From a virus, in IMG/VR virus record IMGVR_UViG_3300020383_000006, positions 1 through 64,000 of that record: 64,000 bases of DNA. One strand, given 5' to 3'. The notes under the pieces are model-generated. The model was not told the origin of the DNA. It made no database searches and saw only the letters and a program-made list of their open reading frames with translations. Both the position numbers and the translations under genes were made by a program. Shown in pieces: positions 32,420-41,528 of the stretch (positions are counted from its first letter, which is position 1; each line of letters opens with the position of its first letter).

Positions 32420-32578
32420 TTAATACCCGATTTTTTGGGGGGATATTTCTAATTCTTTAACTTCCCATCCATCTTCTTCGTATTCTTTTTTATATTTCTT
32501 GTCAATGTAAACTTTTTGACCGTCATTAGAGATGGCCAATAATTTATTTTCGTTTAAGTATTCTTTAAAACTTTTCAT
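32420..32578 (-). CDS. 52-aa putative internal head protein (not in ORF track)
   Basis: MKSFKEYLNENKLLAISNDGQKVYIDKKYKKEYEEDGWEVKELEISPQKIGY. Confidence 0.6.
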   Translation of the reverse strand: MKSFKEYLNENKLLAISNDGQKVYIDKKYKKEYEEDGWEVKELEISPQKIGY

Positions 32579-32593
32579 TTTTCATTTTTTCCT

Positions 32594-33019
32594 TTATGGC
32601 TTAACGTATGACATAGCGCCAGTTTTTGAATTCTTCATCAAAAACTTGTTATTTTTATGATACATTTTGCGCATTTCATCACGCAAAGATTCATTTTCAA
32701 CGTATTTGGCCCAACGCTTGAATGGAACTTTACCTTTAATACAATTACAATAGGTGTCATCATCAACTTCAATTACTGGATTTCCTGCGAACGTTGATTT
32801 ATTGAAAACAGGTTTAGCGTCAGGCATATCTACACCACCAGTACCTGTAGACGCCACTGCGGAGTCCTCAAACAAACCAAGAGGATCTTTTTTATCTTTA
32901 TTAACCGAGTCGTAAACCGCCCCAAATATATCCTCTATATTTAGCTCACCGGAGCTTTCTAATTGAATTTCTTCAATTTCATTTTCTGATTCTGAAATAT
33001 ATTCTCTTAGAGTTTTCAT
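32594..33019 (-). CDS. Hypothetical protein with capsid-targeting-like N-terminus
   Basis: MKTLREYISE. Confidence 0.55.
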   Translation of the reverse strand: MKTLREYISESENEIEEIQLESSGELNIEDIFGAVYDSVNKDKKDPLGLFEDSAVASTGTGGVDMPDAKPVFNKSTFAGNPVIEVDDDTYCNCIKGKVPFKRWAKYVENESLRDEMRKMYHKNNKFLMKNSKTGAMSYVKP

Positions 33020-33375
33020 GACAACTCCCTATTAATCAGTTCGTAAAATTCCTTATCGTAATTTTCTGGTGGTATCATCATAGGAAATGACAAATATTTT
33101 AGTACCGCGTTAAAATAAGGAACATGTTCTTCTTCAATTTTGTACTGTAACATTTTAGTTGCAGCATGAAAATTAAAGCAATTATAAAAAATCAAGACGT
33201 TGTTAACAAATAATCTAACGTTTATTTCACCGTATTCTAAATATTTGCTCATCATTCTCATGACTGTTGATAACTGCCTTAAATCTGAATAAAACTCGTC
33301 CTCTGTAAGGCAAGTTGTATTCGTATAAAAATGTGCGGCAAACCGTTCAAAATTATTTTCGTTTAATTCAATCAT
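33016..33375 (-). CDS. Hypothetical protein of a type seen in T4-like phages
   Basis: ELNENNF..FAAHFYTN..C....EFYSDL, RL..NN.LI.YN.F pattern. Confidence 0.6.
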   Translation of the reverse strand: MIELNENNFERFAAHFYTNTTCLTEDEFYSDLRQLSTVMRMMSKYLEYGEINVRLFVNNVLIFYNCFNFHAATKMLQYKIEEEHVPYFNAVLKYLSFPMMIPPENYDKEFYELINRELS

Positions 33376-33443
33376 TTGTTCTTATAATTGTTTAGAAAAA
33401 GAAGCGGACTTTTAAATGAAGTCCGCTATTATTTAGGTTTGCA

Positions 33444-33977
33444 TTATTCAGTTAAACTTTCAACTGTAATTTCTTCAGCCAGTTCTTCTCGTAAAGAATC
33501 AGCTTTCTTCATATGGTGAGGTTTTTTACCAAATGTTTCTTGGTAAAGTTCTTTCAGTTCATCTTCTGATTTAGATTCAAGAAATGATTCAACTGTTAAC
33601 GGGTCAGTAGAATCTTGTTCGTCTGGCTCATTTTCATTATCTTCAGGATCTTGGTGCTCACCTGAACCATCGTCTTGGGTTTCAATTTGTTCTGATTCAC
33701 TTTCATCATCTTCAGAACCTTGCTCACCCGAATCTTCTTCTTGACCCAACTCATTTTCAATATCATTAAGGTCTTCTTCAGAAACTTTAACGGGTTCACC
33801 TGTTGAAGCCTGTAAAGAAACGTCAACATCTTCTTTTAGTTGTTCAAGTCGCAAAGGCAAATTCGTAACTGAACGTAGTAATTCACCCGTTTCTTTGACA
33901 ACCCAACCTTTCTCGGTAGCAACAACTTCTTTTTTGTGTTTTGGTACTCTTGCCCAAATAGGTAATGTATTTTGCAT
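33444..33977 (-). CDS. Acidic hypothetical protein
   Basis: VATEKGWV N-domain, acidic linker, small helical C-domain. Confidence 0.6.
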   Translation of the reverse strand: MQNTLPIWARVPKHKKEVVATEKGWVVKETGELLRSVTNLPLRLEQLKEDVDVSLQASTGEPVKVSEEDLNDIENELGQEEDSGEQGSEDDESESEQIETQDDGSGEHQDPEDNENEPDEQDSTDPLTVESFLESKSEDELKELYQETFGKKPHHMKKADSLREELAEEITVESLTE

Positions 33978-34030
33978 AATTAAATTCCTATAATGTTTAA
34001 GTTAATGAACCTATCCGTTCATTTACCTAT

Positions 34031-34687
34031 TTAGGCGGCTTGTTTCTTATGGGATTCGTTTAAATGGAAATATATATCTTTTAGATCATGGCTAAACCAT
34101 TCCGGTTCGCCCTCAGGAAAACAATATTTCTTACCTTTATTAACCTCCCACTCGCGTAATTTAATATTCATATAAACTTGGTACGCGACCAAAGGTTCAT
34201 CTTTATGAAATAAATGAACAAAAGGGTAATTTTCTTCACTTATAGCCAAATAATTACTCAGCAACCCCTTATCTTCCATAGCTTCAAAGGGTGGTATAAA
34301 AATGTATTCAAACATACCTAATGATTTATGATATTTTCCTCTACGGTCATGGAATAATTGATGTAATTCTTGTAAACATTCAACTAACCATTCATAATTA
34401 CTAATAGATTCCATAACCCATAAAACAGAAGGATGATTTTCATGTGTATGAATATAAACCTTATTATCAACCAACACTTCATCAACGATAGTGTCACTAG
34501 GTAGAACATAAGTTAATTTTTTCTTTTTTGCTTCTGGTTTACGGTAAATTTCCATAGGAATGCCGGACTTCAGACGCAAAACAGTAGAAAGTAATTGGGA
34601 ATATTCTAGAATCATTTTGGTAACATGAACGTCACAGTGTTCACGGGCTGACTGGATAGGGCAATCATTAGTACGGAAAATGTTCAT
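34031..34687 (-). CDS. Pyrimidine-dimer DNA glycosylase / DenV-like
   Basis: MNIF..CP..SA..HCD.HV.KMILE..QLLST, TH.NHP...W, NYEWL. Confidence 0.8.
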   Translation of the reverse strand: MNIFRTNDCPIQSAREHCDVHVTKMILEYSQLLSTVLRLKSGIPMEIYRKPEAKKKKLTYVLPSDTIVDEVLVDNKVYIHTHENHPSVLWVMESISNYEWLVECLQELHQLFHDRRGKYHKSLGMFEYIFIPPFEAMEDKGLLSNYLAISEENYPFVHLFHKDEPLVAYQVYMNIKLREWEVNKGKKYCFPEGEPEWFSHDLKDIYFHLNESHKKQAA

Positions 34688-34728
34688 AATATAGTAAAAC
34701 CTCATCAATAAATTAACTCAACAAGGTA

Positions 34729-34757
34729 ATTATACTAAGAAATGGATTGGAAGTAAA
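34729..34757 (-). promoter_or_regulatory. T4-type early promoter
   Basis: TTTACT-N17-TATAAT. Confidence 0.8.
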
Positions 34758-34758
34758 G

Positions 34759-34834
34759 TGGTGCCCCACGACTGGGTTCGAACCAGCAACCCTCCGATTA
34801 TGAGTCGGACGCTCTACCGTTGAGCTACGGGGGC
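34759..34834 (-). tRNA. tRNA with CAT anticodon, probably Ile2 (lysidine)
   Basis: GCCCCCG acceptor (C4-G69, C5-G68 as in Ile2), TCCGA-CTCATAA-TCGGA, TTCGAAC, CCA; one bulged U in the acceptor stem. Confidence 0.85.
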
Positions 34835-34840
34835 ATTAAG

Positions 34841-35484
34841 TGGTGGTTCCCTAGTCAAGGAGATACTATGAACCACCTGCTAACGTTATTATCAGTTTTC
34901 CACGAGACCATGTACAGCCTATCTGATTTCCTTAATAAAAATTCTATTCAGGCAGGGATTACCACTAATTAGCTTGGACACCCTCTTTTTCTTCTCAACT
35001 ACCAAACAACAAGGAGGTAATTAAGCGAGATATAACTCTCACAAGTGACAAATTGCTTTAGAATTGAATCTAGCCACAGTTAACTCAACTCCAGAGCCGC
35101 TATATTTCAGTTTTATGATGAGTGCCCTTAGCGGTAAGGACTCATTCTTTTAGGGCGAACCCATTTTACTGATTACTATGCACCTAACGTCCATGACCGC
35201 TTGCGACTTACTAATAACCAGTAAAATGGGTGGTACACTACGCAGTACCCAGCGGAATATTTGGTGACAAGGCTAATTATTCGGGCGAAAAGCTCCACCA
35301 CAGAGCTTTTCTAAGCCTTGATGGCTAGTAGCTTATTAGGCTACCGCTGCCATATTAAAGTGTGAATCGTTTGCAGTTATAACGATTAATTACAGTTGCA
35401 AATAAGGCGACGACTCCCTACCTGACTCGGTGCGGTTAACACCTGAAAACCTAAACTTGATTTAGGCTTTTAGCTATTAACTAC
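34841..35484 (-). ncRNA. Large tmRNA-like structured RNA lacking a canonical tRNA-like domain
   Basis: Own promoter; ATAACT-GCA resume context, tag ANDSHFNMAAVA** (35374-35336), H5-like hairpin, pseudoknots, long-range helix; no protein ORF. Confidence 0.7.
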
Positions 35485-35489
35485 AATTA

Positions 35490-35518
35490 ATGATAATCAA
35501 TTATTTTTTAAAAGTAAA
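35490..35518 (-). promoter_or_regulatory. T4-type early promoter for the large ncRNA
   Basis: GTTTACT-N17-TATCAT. Confidence 0.8.
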
Positions 35519-35532
35519 CCTTTATAAGAAAT

Positions 35533-35639
35533 TTCCCTAGAGACTTGCTCGGCAAACAAGATTTTTGGGTCTGATTTTGTCATGACGAACATAAAGTTTA
35601 GCGGTTGATTAATCCACAGACAGCCTAAACTCTAGGGAA
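35533..35639 (-). ncRNA. ~107-nt structured RNA downstream of tRNA-Arg
   Basis: Perfect 10-bp closing stem TTCCCTAGAG/CTCTAGGGAA plus internal helices. Confidence 0.5.
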
Positions 35640-35643
35640 TAAA

Positions 35644-35720
35644 TGGCACGGACGGTAGGACTCGAACCTACGACCAAGAGCTTAGAAGGCTCCTGCTCTA
35701 TCCAACTGAGCTACGCCCGC
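35644..35720 (-). tRNA. tRNA-Arg(TCT)
   Basis: Cloverleaf, GGAGC-CTTCTAA-GCTCT, GCCA end; promoter TTTACT-N17-TACCAT at 35742-35770. Confidence 0.95.
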
Positions 35721-35774
35721 ATTTAAACTTTCAATGTAATTATGGTAATATATTTAATTTAAAAAGTAAACCTT

Positions 35775-36068
35775 TTATTTAAGAAGACGGTTCAAAACTT
35801 TATTCATTGTATTAAAGTCAATTTCTTTGTATTTTTTGAAGTCAGAATCTTTGCCGTTTTCGTCAAAAACCCTAACGACTAAATCAATAGAAACATCAAC
35901 TAAATTAGATTTGGTTCTAATTAATTCATAAGAAGTAATTTTAAATTGTAGTTTACCGTCTTTGGTTTTATACCAAACACCGTTTTGAATTTTATCGCTA
36001 TCATAATTACCCCACGTCAAAAACGTGGGGCGAACAGCTTCATTCAAAAAATCTTTAGCTGTTTTCAT
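35775..36068 (-). CDS. Putative internal head protein
   Basis: MKTAKDFLNE. Confidence 0.55.
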   Translation of the reverse strand: MKTAKDFLNEAVRPTFLTWGNYDSDKIQNGVWYKTKDGKLQFKITSYELIRTKSNLVDVSIDLVVRVFDENGKDSDFKKYKEIDFNTMNKVLNRLLK

Positions 36069-36306
36069 TTTTACCTTTTGCCTTTTCTTTATTGTTAGAA
36101 TCAGTCAATCTAGAATCAGCTTCCTTTAAAAATTCATTAATATCGCTGATTTCGGTGATACCCAGCTTAGAACCAATTAAATTAATTAAAGCGTTATTCA
36201 TTTCAGCTAGATTTTTGTTATTTTTCTGTAACCGAACGATGTCACGAGATAACTCTTTTGTTTCATTTTCAAGCTGATTCAACTGGTCTTGTACATTATT
36301 GTCCAT
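36055..36306 (-). CDS. Small coiled-coil hypothetical protein
   Basis: Probable start MDNNVQ with SD AGGAG. Confidence 0.5.
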   Translation of the reverse strand: MDNNVQDQLNQLENETKELSRDIVRLQKNNKNLAEMNNALINLIGSKLGITEISDINEFLKEADSRLTDSNNKEKAKGKNENS

Positions 36307-36775
36307 TATATGGCTCCTGTATTTTAGTTTCAAATAGTTCAATTTGTTCAACGGAATTATCGTTGATATAAGGTTTAACGAATTCAAAAATATCACCGAA
36401 GTTATCCGGTAAGATATTTATATTAAAATATTTTTTAGCAAAAGTATATAAAAGTGTTACTGTAGTTCCTCCACCAGGAACTAAAAACAAAGGTGCTATA
36501 ACCGAAAACTTACCAACGTCTTTTAACTGCTTAAATGCTTCTAGAACATCTTCTTCAGATATATCAGACTTATTGGTAGCTATTTTATTTTTAAGTTGCT
36601 TAAAAAACGTCTCAAGCATCCTATTGGTTTCTTGGGCTTCGACTTTAGAAGCAATAAGAGCCATTTCAGCTTTCTTTTTTATTTTCGGCAACAAACTTTT
36701 AACTTTACTAATCATCGAGAAAAAATCTTCGTTTAATTTTTTCTCTTCTAAGGCAAATTGTTGAAATGTTTTCAT
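36296..36775 (-). CDS. Putative internal head protein with hydrophobic hairpin
   Basis: MKTFQQFALE; APLFLVPGGGTTVTLLY..ILP segment. Confidence 0.55.
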   Translation of the reverse strand: MKTFQQFALEEKKLNEDFFSMISKVKSLLPKIKKKAEMALIASKVEAQETNRMLETFFKQLKNKIATNKSDISEEDVLEAFKQLKDVGKFSVIAPLFLVPGGGTTVTLLYTFAKKYFNINILPDNFGDIFEFVKPYINDNSVEQIELFETKIQEPYNGQ

Positions 36776-37443
36776 TTTAATACATTATCCACTCTATTAA
36801 TTGCTGTATTAAATTCAGCAAATTCAAAACATTTTACTTCTGAATCAGAGTTACAATTATACACCTTGATTCTTTTTTCTTTTAAATTAGGTAAAGCGGT
36901 AGAAAATAAATTATCTAGGTGCCTTAAAGTGCCTCTACAGACCTTCCCATCAAACTTGTTTCTATAAATTTCGCCATCTAAACCTATAATCAAAATATAT
37001 TTAGGGTTCATATGGTAAGCTAGATTTAATGCACCATACAATGAATTCCCCGTACTTATTTTGTTCGGTTCTGTTTGAAGTCCATACGTTTGACTAAAAC
37101 AGTTTTGTTTTGAACTTATTCTTTCTAAGAAATTACAACCGCGATAGATAAATTTTTCTATCGTTTTAGTCCTTAACCTTGGTTCTTGTTTTATATTTCC
37201 TGGTATAGCGACGTATTTTTTATAATCGCTTCTTTTTTGTGCTATTTTTTGATTATCTAAACTTAAATCTAGCGTAAACCAATAATCCGCACTAACGTTA
37301 GGATGGTTCACGGAATTATTTACCGAAATAACTTTCCATGAATCATCAGGTTGGAAAAAATTATTGATAGAAAGACCGGAACCTGTTATAATTATTTTAT
37401 CGTGCTGTTCAGTTACTTCACCAAAATTCACTTCGTTGACCAC
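36772..37443 (-). CDS. Maf/DUF115-like (sialyltransferase-fold) glycosyltransferase-like protein
   Basis: IITGSGLS, ISVNN, DYWFTLD, GNSLYGALNLAYHM, IIGLD, VYNC. Confidence 0.7.
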   Translation of the reverse strand: MVNEVNFGEVTEQHDKIIITGSGLSINNFFQPDDSWKVISVNNSVNHPNVSADYWFTLDLSLDNQKIAQKRSDYKKYVAIPGNIKQEPRLRTKTIEKFIYRGCNFLERISSKQNCFSQTYGLQTEPNKISTGNSLYGALNLAYHMNPKYILIIGLDGEIYRNKFDGKVCRGTLRHLDNLFSTALPNLKEKRIKVYNCNSDSEVKCFEFAEFNTAINRVDNVLK

Positions 37444-38096
37444 CCTGTTTCTCTAGGTCGAGGTCGACCATGATAACACAATATTCTTTCGTCGCCGTTA
37501 TTTAGTCCCTTTTTAACATGAGCTTTATAAGAAATGAACCATTCTTCAGGGAATATATTTTGGAACATAAGTGGTTTTCTTTCAGTGTTTAAACTTAGTT
37601 GATCACCAATAAATTTTTGATCCCCATAAGTGCCGCAATCTTCAGCAATTTGTCTAGGATTAGCAACCCATTTTTCCCAAATAGAACCTCTACAACTAGC
37701 AGGTAGATACATTACACCTGAAGCCAACCTGTGTCTAAAATAAAAATCTTTAAGCATCACAGGATTAGGTATTTCCGAACATTTTTTAATTATTTGGGAA
37801 ATGTCTCCAGTAATAATTGTATCTAAATCAACGTAAAATATATCATGAGTAATTGTATCAAAAAGGTCTGGTCTAAATAATTCCATTTTAGACCACCAAC
37901 CTTCCCATTCATTAGGGTATCTAAGGGGGATCCAGTTAGGAACGTTTTGTACGTTAGAAAGACAATGGAAATTGTCTTCAGGTAGACCGGAATATTTTTT
38001 AAACCCTTCAAAAAGACGTTGAACATAGTCAACGTCATAATGACTTCCTGGTTTTTTATGTAAAACGCAAATAAATTTAACCATTGTAACTACCAT
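37428..38096 (-). CDS. GT-A (GT8-like) glycosyltransferase
   Basis: WWSKMELF, YVDLD (DxD), SGVM, GDQ, HGRPRP. Confidence 0.8.
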   Translation of the reverse strand: MVVTMVKFICVLHKKPGSHYDVDYVQRLFEGFKKYSGLPEDNFHCLSNVQNVPNWIPLRYPNEWEGWWSKMELFRPDLFDTITHDIFYVDLDTIITGDISQIIKKCSEIPNPVMLKDFYFRHRLASGVMYLPASCRGSIWEKWVANPRQIAEDCGTYGDQKFIGDQLSLNTERKPLMFQNIFPEEWFISYKAHVKKGLNNGDERILCYHGRPRPRETGWSTK

Positions 38097-38658
38097 CTAC
38101 AATAAAAAAGTGTTCATGAAAACAGTTCTTAAATTCCTTAACAAATTTTTCAGAATCTTTTCTTTGTACACTATTATCTATAAAAAGGTATCTTACATGA
38201 TTAGGTAACCCAAAGTACATTTCTTTAAATCTTGTATACGGAGTTAAAAAATTAATTTTGTTTAATTGGTTTTCAGTTAATATTAATTTGCTATCTTTAG
38301 CAAATTCTTTTAAAGACCTGCCAGTTTCTTTTCTATTAACCACAAAATAAACTGAATCATTTGCTAAATTTTCACCAATAAATTTAAGTAACATTGAACT
38401 TAGACCAGTCATTCGACCTAAGTTAATTGAAAAGTTGAAAAATTCATTCATTATACTAAAATTAATGCCACCTTGCGAACATATCATTTCAACTAACTTA
38501 GATGTCATCGGGTCTTTAAATTCTATAAATTCTGATTTTAAAAGGTTTTTAATTGTTTTTAAATCGTTTTGCGTGAACAAATCTAAAACAAATTTTCTTT
38601 GACGAAGTAATTCTTCAAATCCTTCATAATAATTATTCATACTATAAGAGCTCCTCAA
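38077..38658 (-). CDS. Hypothetical protein (degenerate P-loop-like)
   Basis: LGRMTGLSS and YLFIDN loosely resemble Walker motifs. Confidence 0.45.
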   Translation of the reverse strand: MRSSYSMNNYYEGFEELLRQRKFVLDLFTQNDLKTIKNLLKSEFIEFKDPMTSKLVEMICSQGGINFSIMNEFFNFSINLGRMTGLSSMLLKFIGENLANDSVYFVVNRKETGRSLKEFAKDSKLILTENQLNKINFLTPYTRFKEMYFGLPNHVRYLFIDNSVQRKDSEKFVKEFKNCFHEHFFIVDGSYNG

Positions 38659-39364
38659 GTGTTATATGCGGACACAAATTATTGTTAGGTATAGCGGTAT
38701 GAAGGGTTGCGTTTTTTACGGTCACACCGGATGCTAACAAATCCTCACAAACATAACGAAAAGAACGTACCCATGTTTCAGGGTTATCTGCGTTCCTTCT
38801 AAACTTTTTCTTATCGTGATCACCAAACCAATGGCGTTTACCAAAAGTGTGACCAAAATCATACCCAACTAAAATTATTTCTTTTGCACCAAAAAGATAA
38901 GCAAGATTAACAGCCATACAACCAGAATTCCCGTTGTGGTGAACCGTATCCACTCTACCGATACCTTTTCCATGTGTAAGTTTAACACCGTTAAATGGTT
39001 TAGAAAGTTTGAATCCCCAACGTTTCCAACTTTCTTTAGCAGATTTTACCACCCGTTCTTGAGTCCATAATTCAGTATGTTCATAAACTAAATCCCTGAC
39101 GCTAGGGTAATAGTGGTGCCACCAAGAATGGTCAGCTGAATATACTGCGTCAACCCAAGGCGCAAGTTGGTAATTATTAGAAACGGCTATAACTTTATAA
39201 CCGTTCTTATTTCTAAGTTCCTCAACTATACCAATTTGTTCTTTAGTTAAAGAAGGACCGGAAGCAATACAAATTACTTTTTCCCATCCTTCTTTTTCTA
39301 GAGGTTTAGAAAAGTGAGATTCCTCTACAACCATTTTCGTAAAATTCCTTAACTGCTTCGTCAA
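38642..39364 (-). CDS. Maf/DUF115-like glycosyltransferase-like protein
   Basis: CIASGPSL, IAVSN, YSAD..WW, NSG..AVNLAYLFGAKEIILVGYD, HWFGDH. Confidence 0.7.
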   Translation of the reverse strand: MTKQLRNFTKMVVEESHFSKPLEKEGWEKVICIASGPSLTKEQIGIVEELRNKNGYKVIAVSNNYQLAPWVDAVYSADHSWWHHYYPSVRDLVYEHTELWTQERVVKSAKESWKRWGFKLSKPFNGVKLTHGKGIGRVDTVHHNGNSGCMAVNLAYLFGAKEIILVGYDFGHTFGKRHWFGDHDKKKFRRNADNPETWVRSFRYVCEDLLASGVTVKNATLHTAIPNNNLCPHITLEELL

Positions 39365-40601
39365 CTATAATGTCTGACCTATTTATCGGGTTAATTAAAC
39401 CGAACCCTTCAATAGATTTGATACGGGATAAGGCAACATAAGTTTGACCATGGCAAAACGCCCCAGAAGAAATATCAACGACTGCATTTGGTATTGTTTG
39501 ACCTTGTGCTTTGTGGATAGTAATAGCCCAAGCAAGTTTCAGTGGATATTGTTTGAAAGTTCCTGCAATATTTGTACCCAGTTTGCCGTCTTTGATTTCA
39601 TAATCAATTTGTTCCCAAATATATTTTTCAACAAATACAGTTTCTTCAGTTTCTTCTAAAAGAACTTCAATTCGGTCATTTACGAAGCCTGTAACATAAC
39701 CAATTTGCCCGTTTTTATAATCAGAGGTATTAGCCGTGATAATAACTTTAGCACCGTATTTAAGACGAAGTTCTTCTTCTACGGGAGTTTGACCTTTGAA
39801 CCCGTATGATTTTTCACCATAGAAAACTTTTTCTTTCCCTTCAAGTTCAGAATAGTTTTGAGTATTGATACCGTTAGCTGTTTTATTAGTTGCACATAAG
39901 AAAACAGGATCAGTATCCAAAACATCAACCAAGTTTTTGTTGCCATGATAGTTAAAGTAATTGACTGATTCCTCATACCCTTCAGAAGCATTCCTGATTT
40001 TTAATAAATTAGAAATCATTTCTTGATCTGATTGGCGCATAATTTCATTTAATTCAATATAATTAAATCCTGCATCAGCCCAAGCTTCCCCACCAAAAGA
40101 ATAAGGGGAATCATACAATGAAAAATAAGTTGATTCTTCATTTCTTACTACAACTGGTGGTAATTGGTAAAAATCTCCTACAGTAATAACTTGTAACCCA
40201 CCAAAAGGTAGTTTATTTCCTCTAACTTTTTTAAGAATCCTGTCTATTGTAAATAGAACGTCATAACGAACCATTGAAATTTCATCAATAAGAATTCGTT
40301 TAACAGGGGAATGTTTACCAAAAAGCTGTACAACCTTTTTGTGTGGATTGTAAGCGTCTTTTGCTTGTAAAATGTGAAAAGGTAATTTGAAGGCAGAATG
40401 TATTGTCATTCCACCTACATTTAAAGCGGCAATCCCAGTTGGTGCAAGCACAACCGTTTCATCTGAAAAAAGACTAACTATTTTTCTCGAAACGACTGAT
40501 TTACCTACACCCCCAGGACCAGAAATGAACGTATTTTTTCCAAGGGAAACGTTCTGTATTGCTTTATTTTGGTTTTGATTTAAAATCATAATATAACACA
40601 C
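39306..40601 (-). CDS. PIF1-family SF1B helicase
   Basis: GPGGVGKS, APTGIAA, DEISM, GDFYQLPPV, QYPLKLAWAITIHKAQG, YVALSR. Confidence 0.93.
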   Translation of the reverse strand: MCYIMILNQNQNKAIQNVSLGKNTFISGPGGVGKSVVSRKIVSLFSDETVVLAPTGIAALNVGGMTIHSAFKLPFHILQAKDAYNPHKKVVQLFGKHSPVKRILIDEISMVRYDVLFTIDRILKKVRGNKLPFGGLQVITVGDFYQLPPVVVRNEESTYFSLYDSPYSFGGEAWADAGFNYIELNEIMRQSDQEMISNLLKIRNASEGYEESVNYFNYHGNKNLVDVLDTDPVFLCATNKTANGINTQNYSELEGKEKVFYGEKSYGFKGQTPVEEELRLKYGAKVIITANTSDYKNGQIGYVTGFVNDRIEVLLEETEETVFVEKYIWEQIDYEIKDGKLGTNIAGTFKQYPLKLAWAITIHKAQGQTIPNAVVDISSGAFCHGQTYVALSRIKSIEGFGLINPINRSDIIVDEAVKEFYENGCRGISLF

Positions 40602-40632
40602 CTATAACGAAGAATTCAATTTTAGTTCAGTA

Positions 40633-41055
40633 TTAACTACTACCAATAGAATATTTTGAATTTAATTTCCATTGGTCTTTTTCATGGTACTTAATAATTT
40701 TTAAACTACGTGCTGATGACATAGGCATTTCCCAATTATTACTAACTGGTTCAATTAAGCCCCAATCCATTAAACATTTTACGATTAAGTTTCTTCGACC
40801 AAGGTCACCTTCACTTAATTCAGCTTCCCTTCCATCTAAGGCAAAAAGCTCAAGGAAATGACAAATATAGTAACGGTCTTTTTTATGTAAAATGTGACAA
40901 GATTGTGTTAAAACCGTTTTATCACGATTAGGAATACCCATTCTTTGTAACGTTTCTTTAACTTTACGGAAACCATCATCAACACCGTCTACAAACTTGA
41001 CCTCAACCATGTTTGAGACGACGATTTGTTGATCGGTTCCTCTCGTATATTTCAT
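40633..41055 (-). CDS. regA: Translational repressor RegA
   Basis: ETLQRMGI, QSCHILHK, HFLELFALDG, W.L.SKY.IG. Confidence 0.95.
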   Translation of the reverse strand: MKYTRGTDQQIVVSNMVEVKFVDGVDDGFRKVKETLQRMGIPNRDKTVLTQSCHILHKKDRYYICHFLELFALDGREAELSEGDLGRRNLIVKCLMDWGLIEPVSNNWEMPMSSARSLKIIKYHEKDQWKLNSKYSIGSS

Positions 41056-41522
41056 TTTTTACCTCTCAAAGTTTTCAATTTGTTTCTAATTATTTTAATT
41101 TGTTCATCGGGTAAAAGATCATAATATTCTAATGCTCTCTCATTTCCCAGTTTATATTTATCCTTTAAATATCCGATAATTTCTTTATCGACTGGTTCTT
41201 GTTTAGCCCATTTACCGAAACGATTAGACGGGGAAATAGAATAAAACAAAAAATCATGTTGCATTTCTTTACTAATAAAAGGCGATTTGTTCATTTCATT
41301 AGCAAACATAATCGTGTCAACATGTTGTGAAAGAGCCTTATTAATCATAAAAGGGATGTATTCTTTAGCGGTATCATCCCCATAAAGGTAATTCTTTTCA
41401 GAACTAATACTTTTAACGAAGTCAAATAAACCAATCTTTTTACGAGTGATTTCTTCAACTTCTTCGGGTGGCTTTTCAACCATCCCGAATAATCCAATAT
41501 CTTTAGTTTCTTCATCACTCAT
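41052..41522 (-). CDS. 62: Clamp loader small subunit
   Basis: PFMINKALS...DT..FANEMN, MQHDF, RFGKWAK. Confidence 0.92.
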   Translation of the reverse strand: MSDEETKDIGLFGMVEKPPEEVEEITRKKIGLFDFVKSISSEKNYLYGDDTAKEYIPFMINKALSQHVDTIMFANEMNKSPFISKEMQHDFLFYSISPSNRFGKWAKQEPVDKEIIGYLKDKYKLGNERALEYYDLLPDEQIKIIRNKLKTLRGKK

Positions 41523-41528
41523 AATAAA

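Noticed and set aside
35291-35300. Plus-strand AGCTCCACCA resembling a tmRNA 3' end
   Set aside because: Opposite strand to the promoter and tag frame, no T-arm, and part of a hairpin
34841-35484. Canonical or permuted two-piece tmRNA, group I intron or Y RNA (CTTGACTAG near the 3' end)
   Set aside because: No T-loop or Ala acceptor in either order, no interrupted gene, and no matching Ro-binding 5' strand
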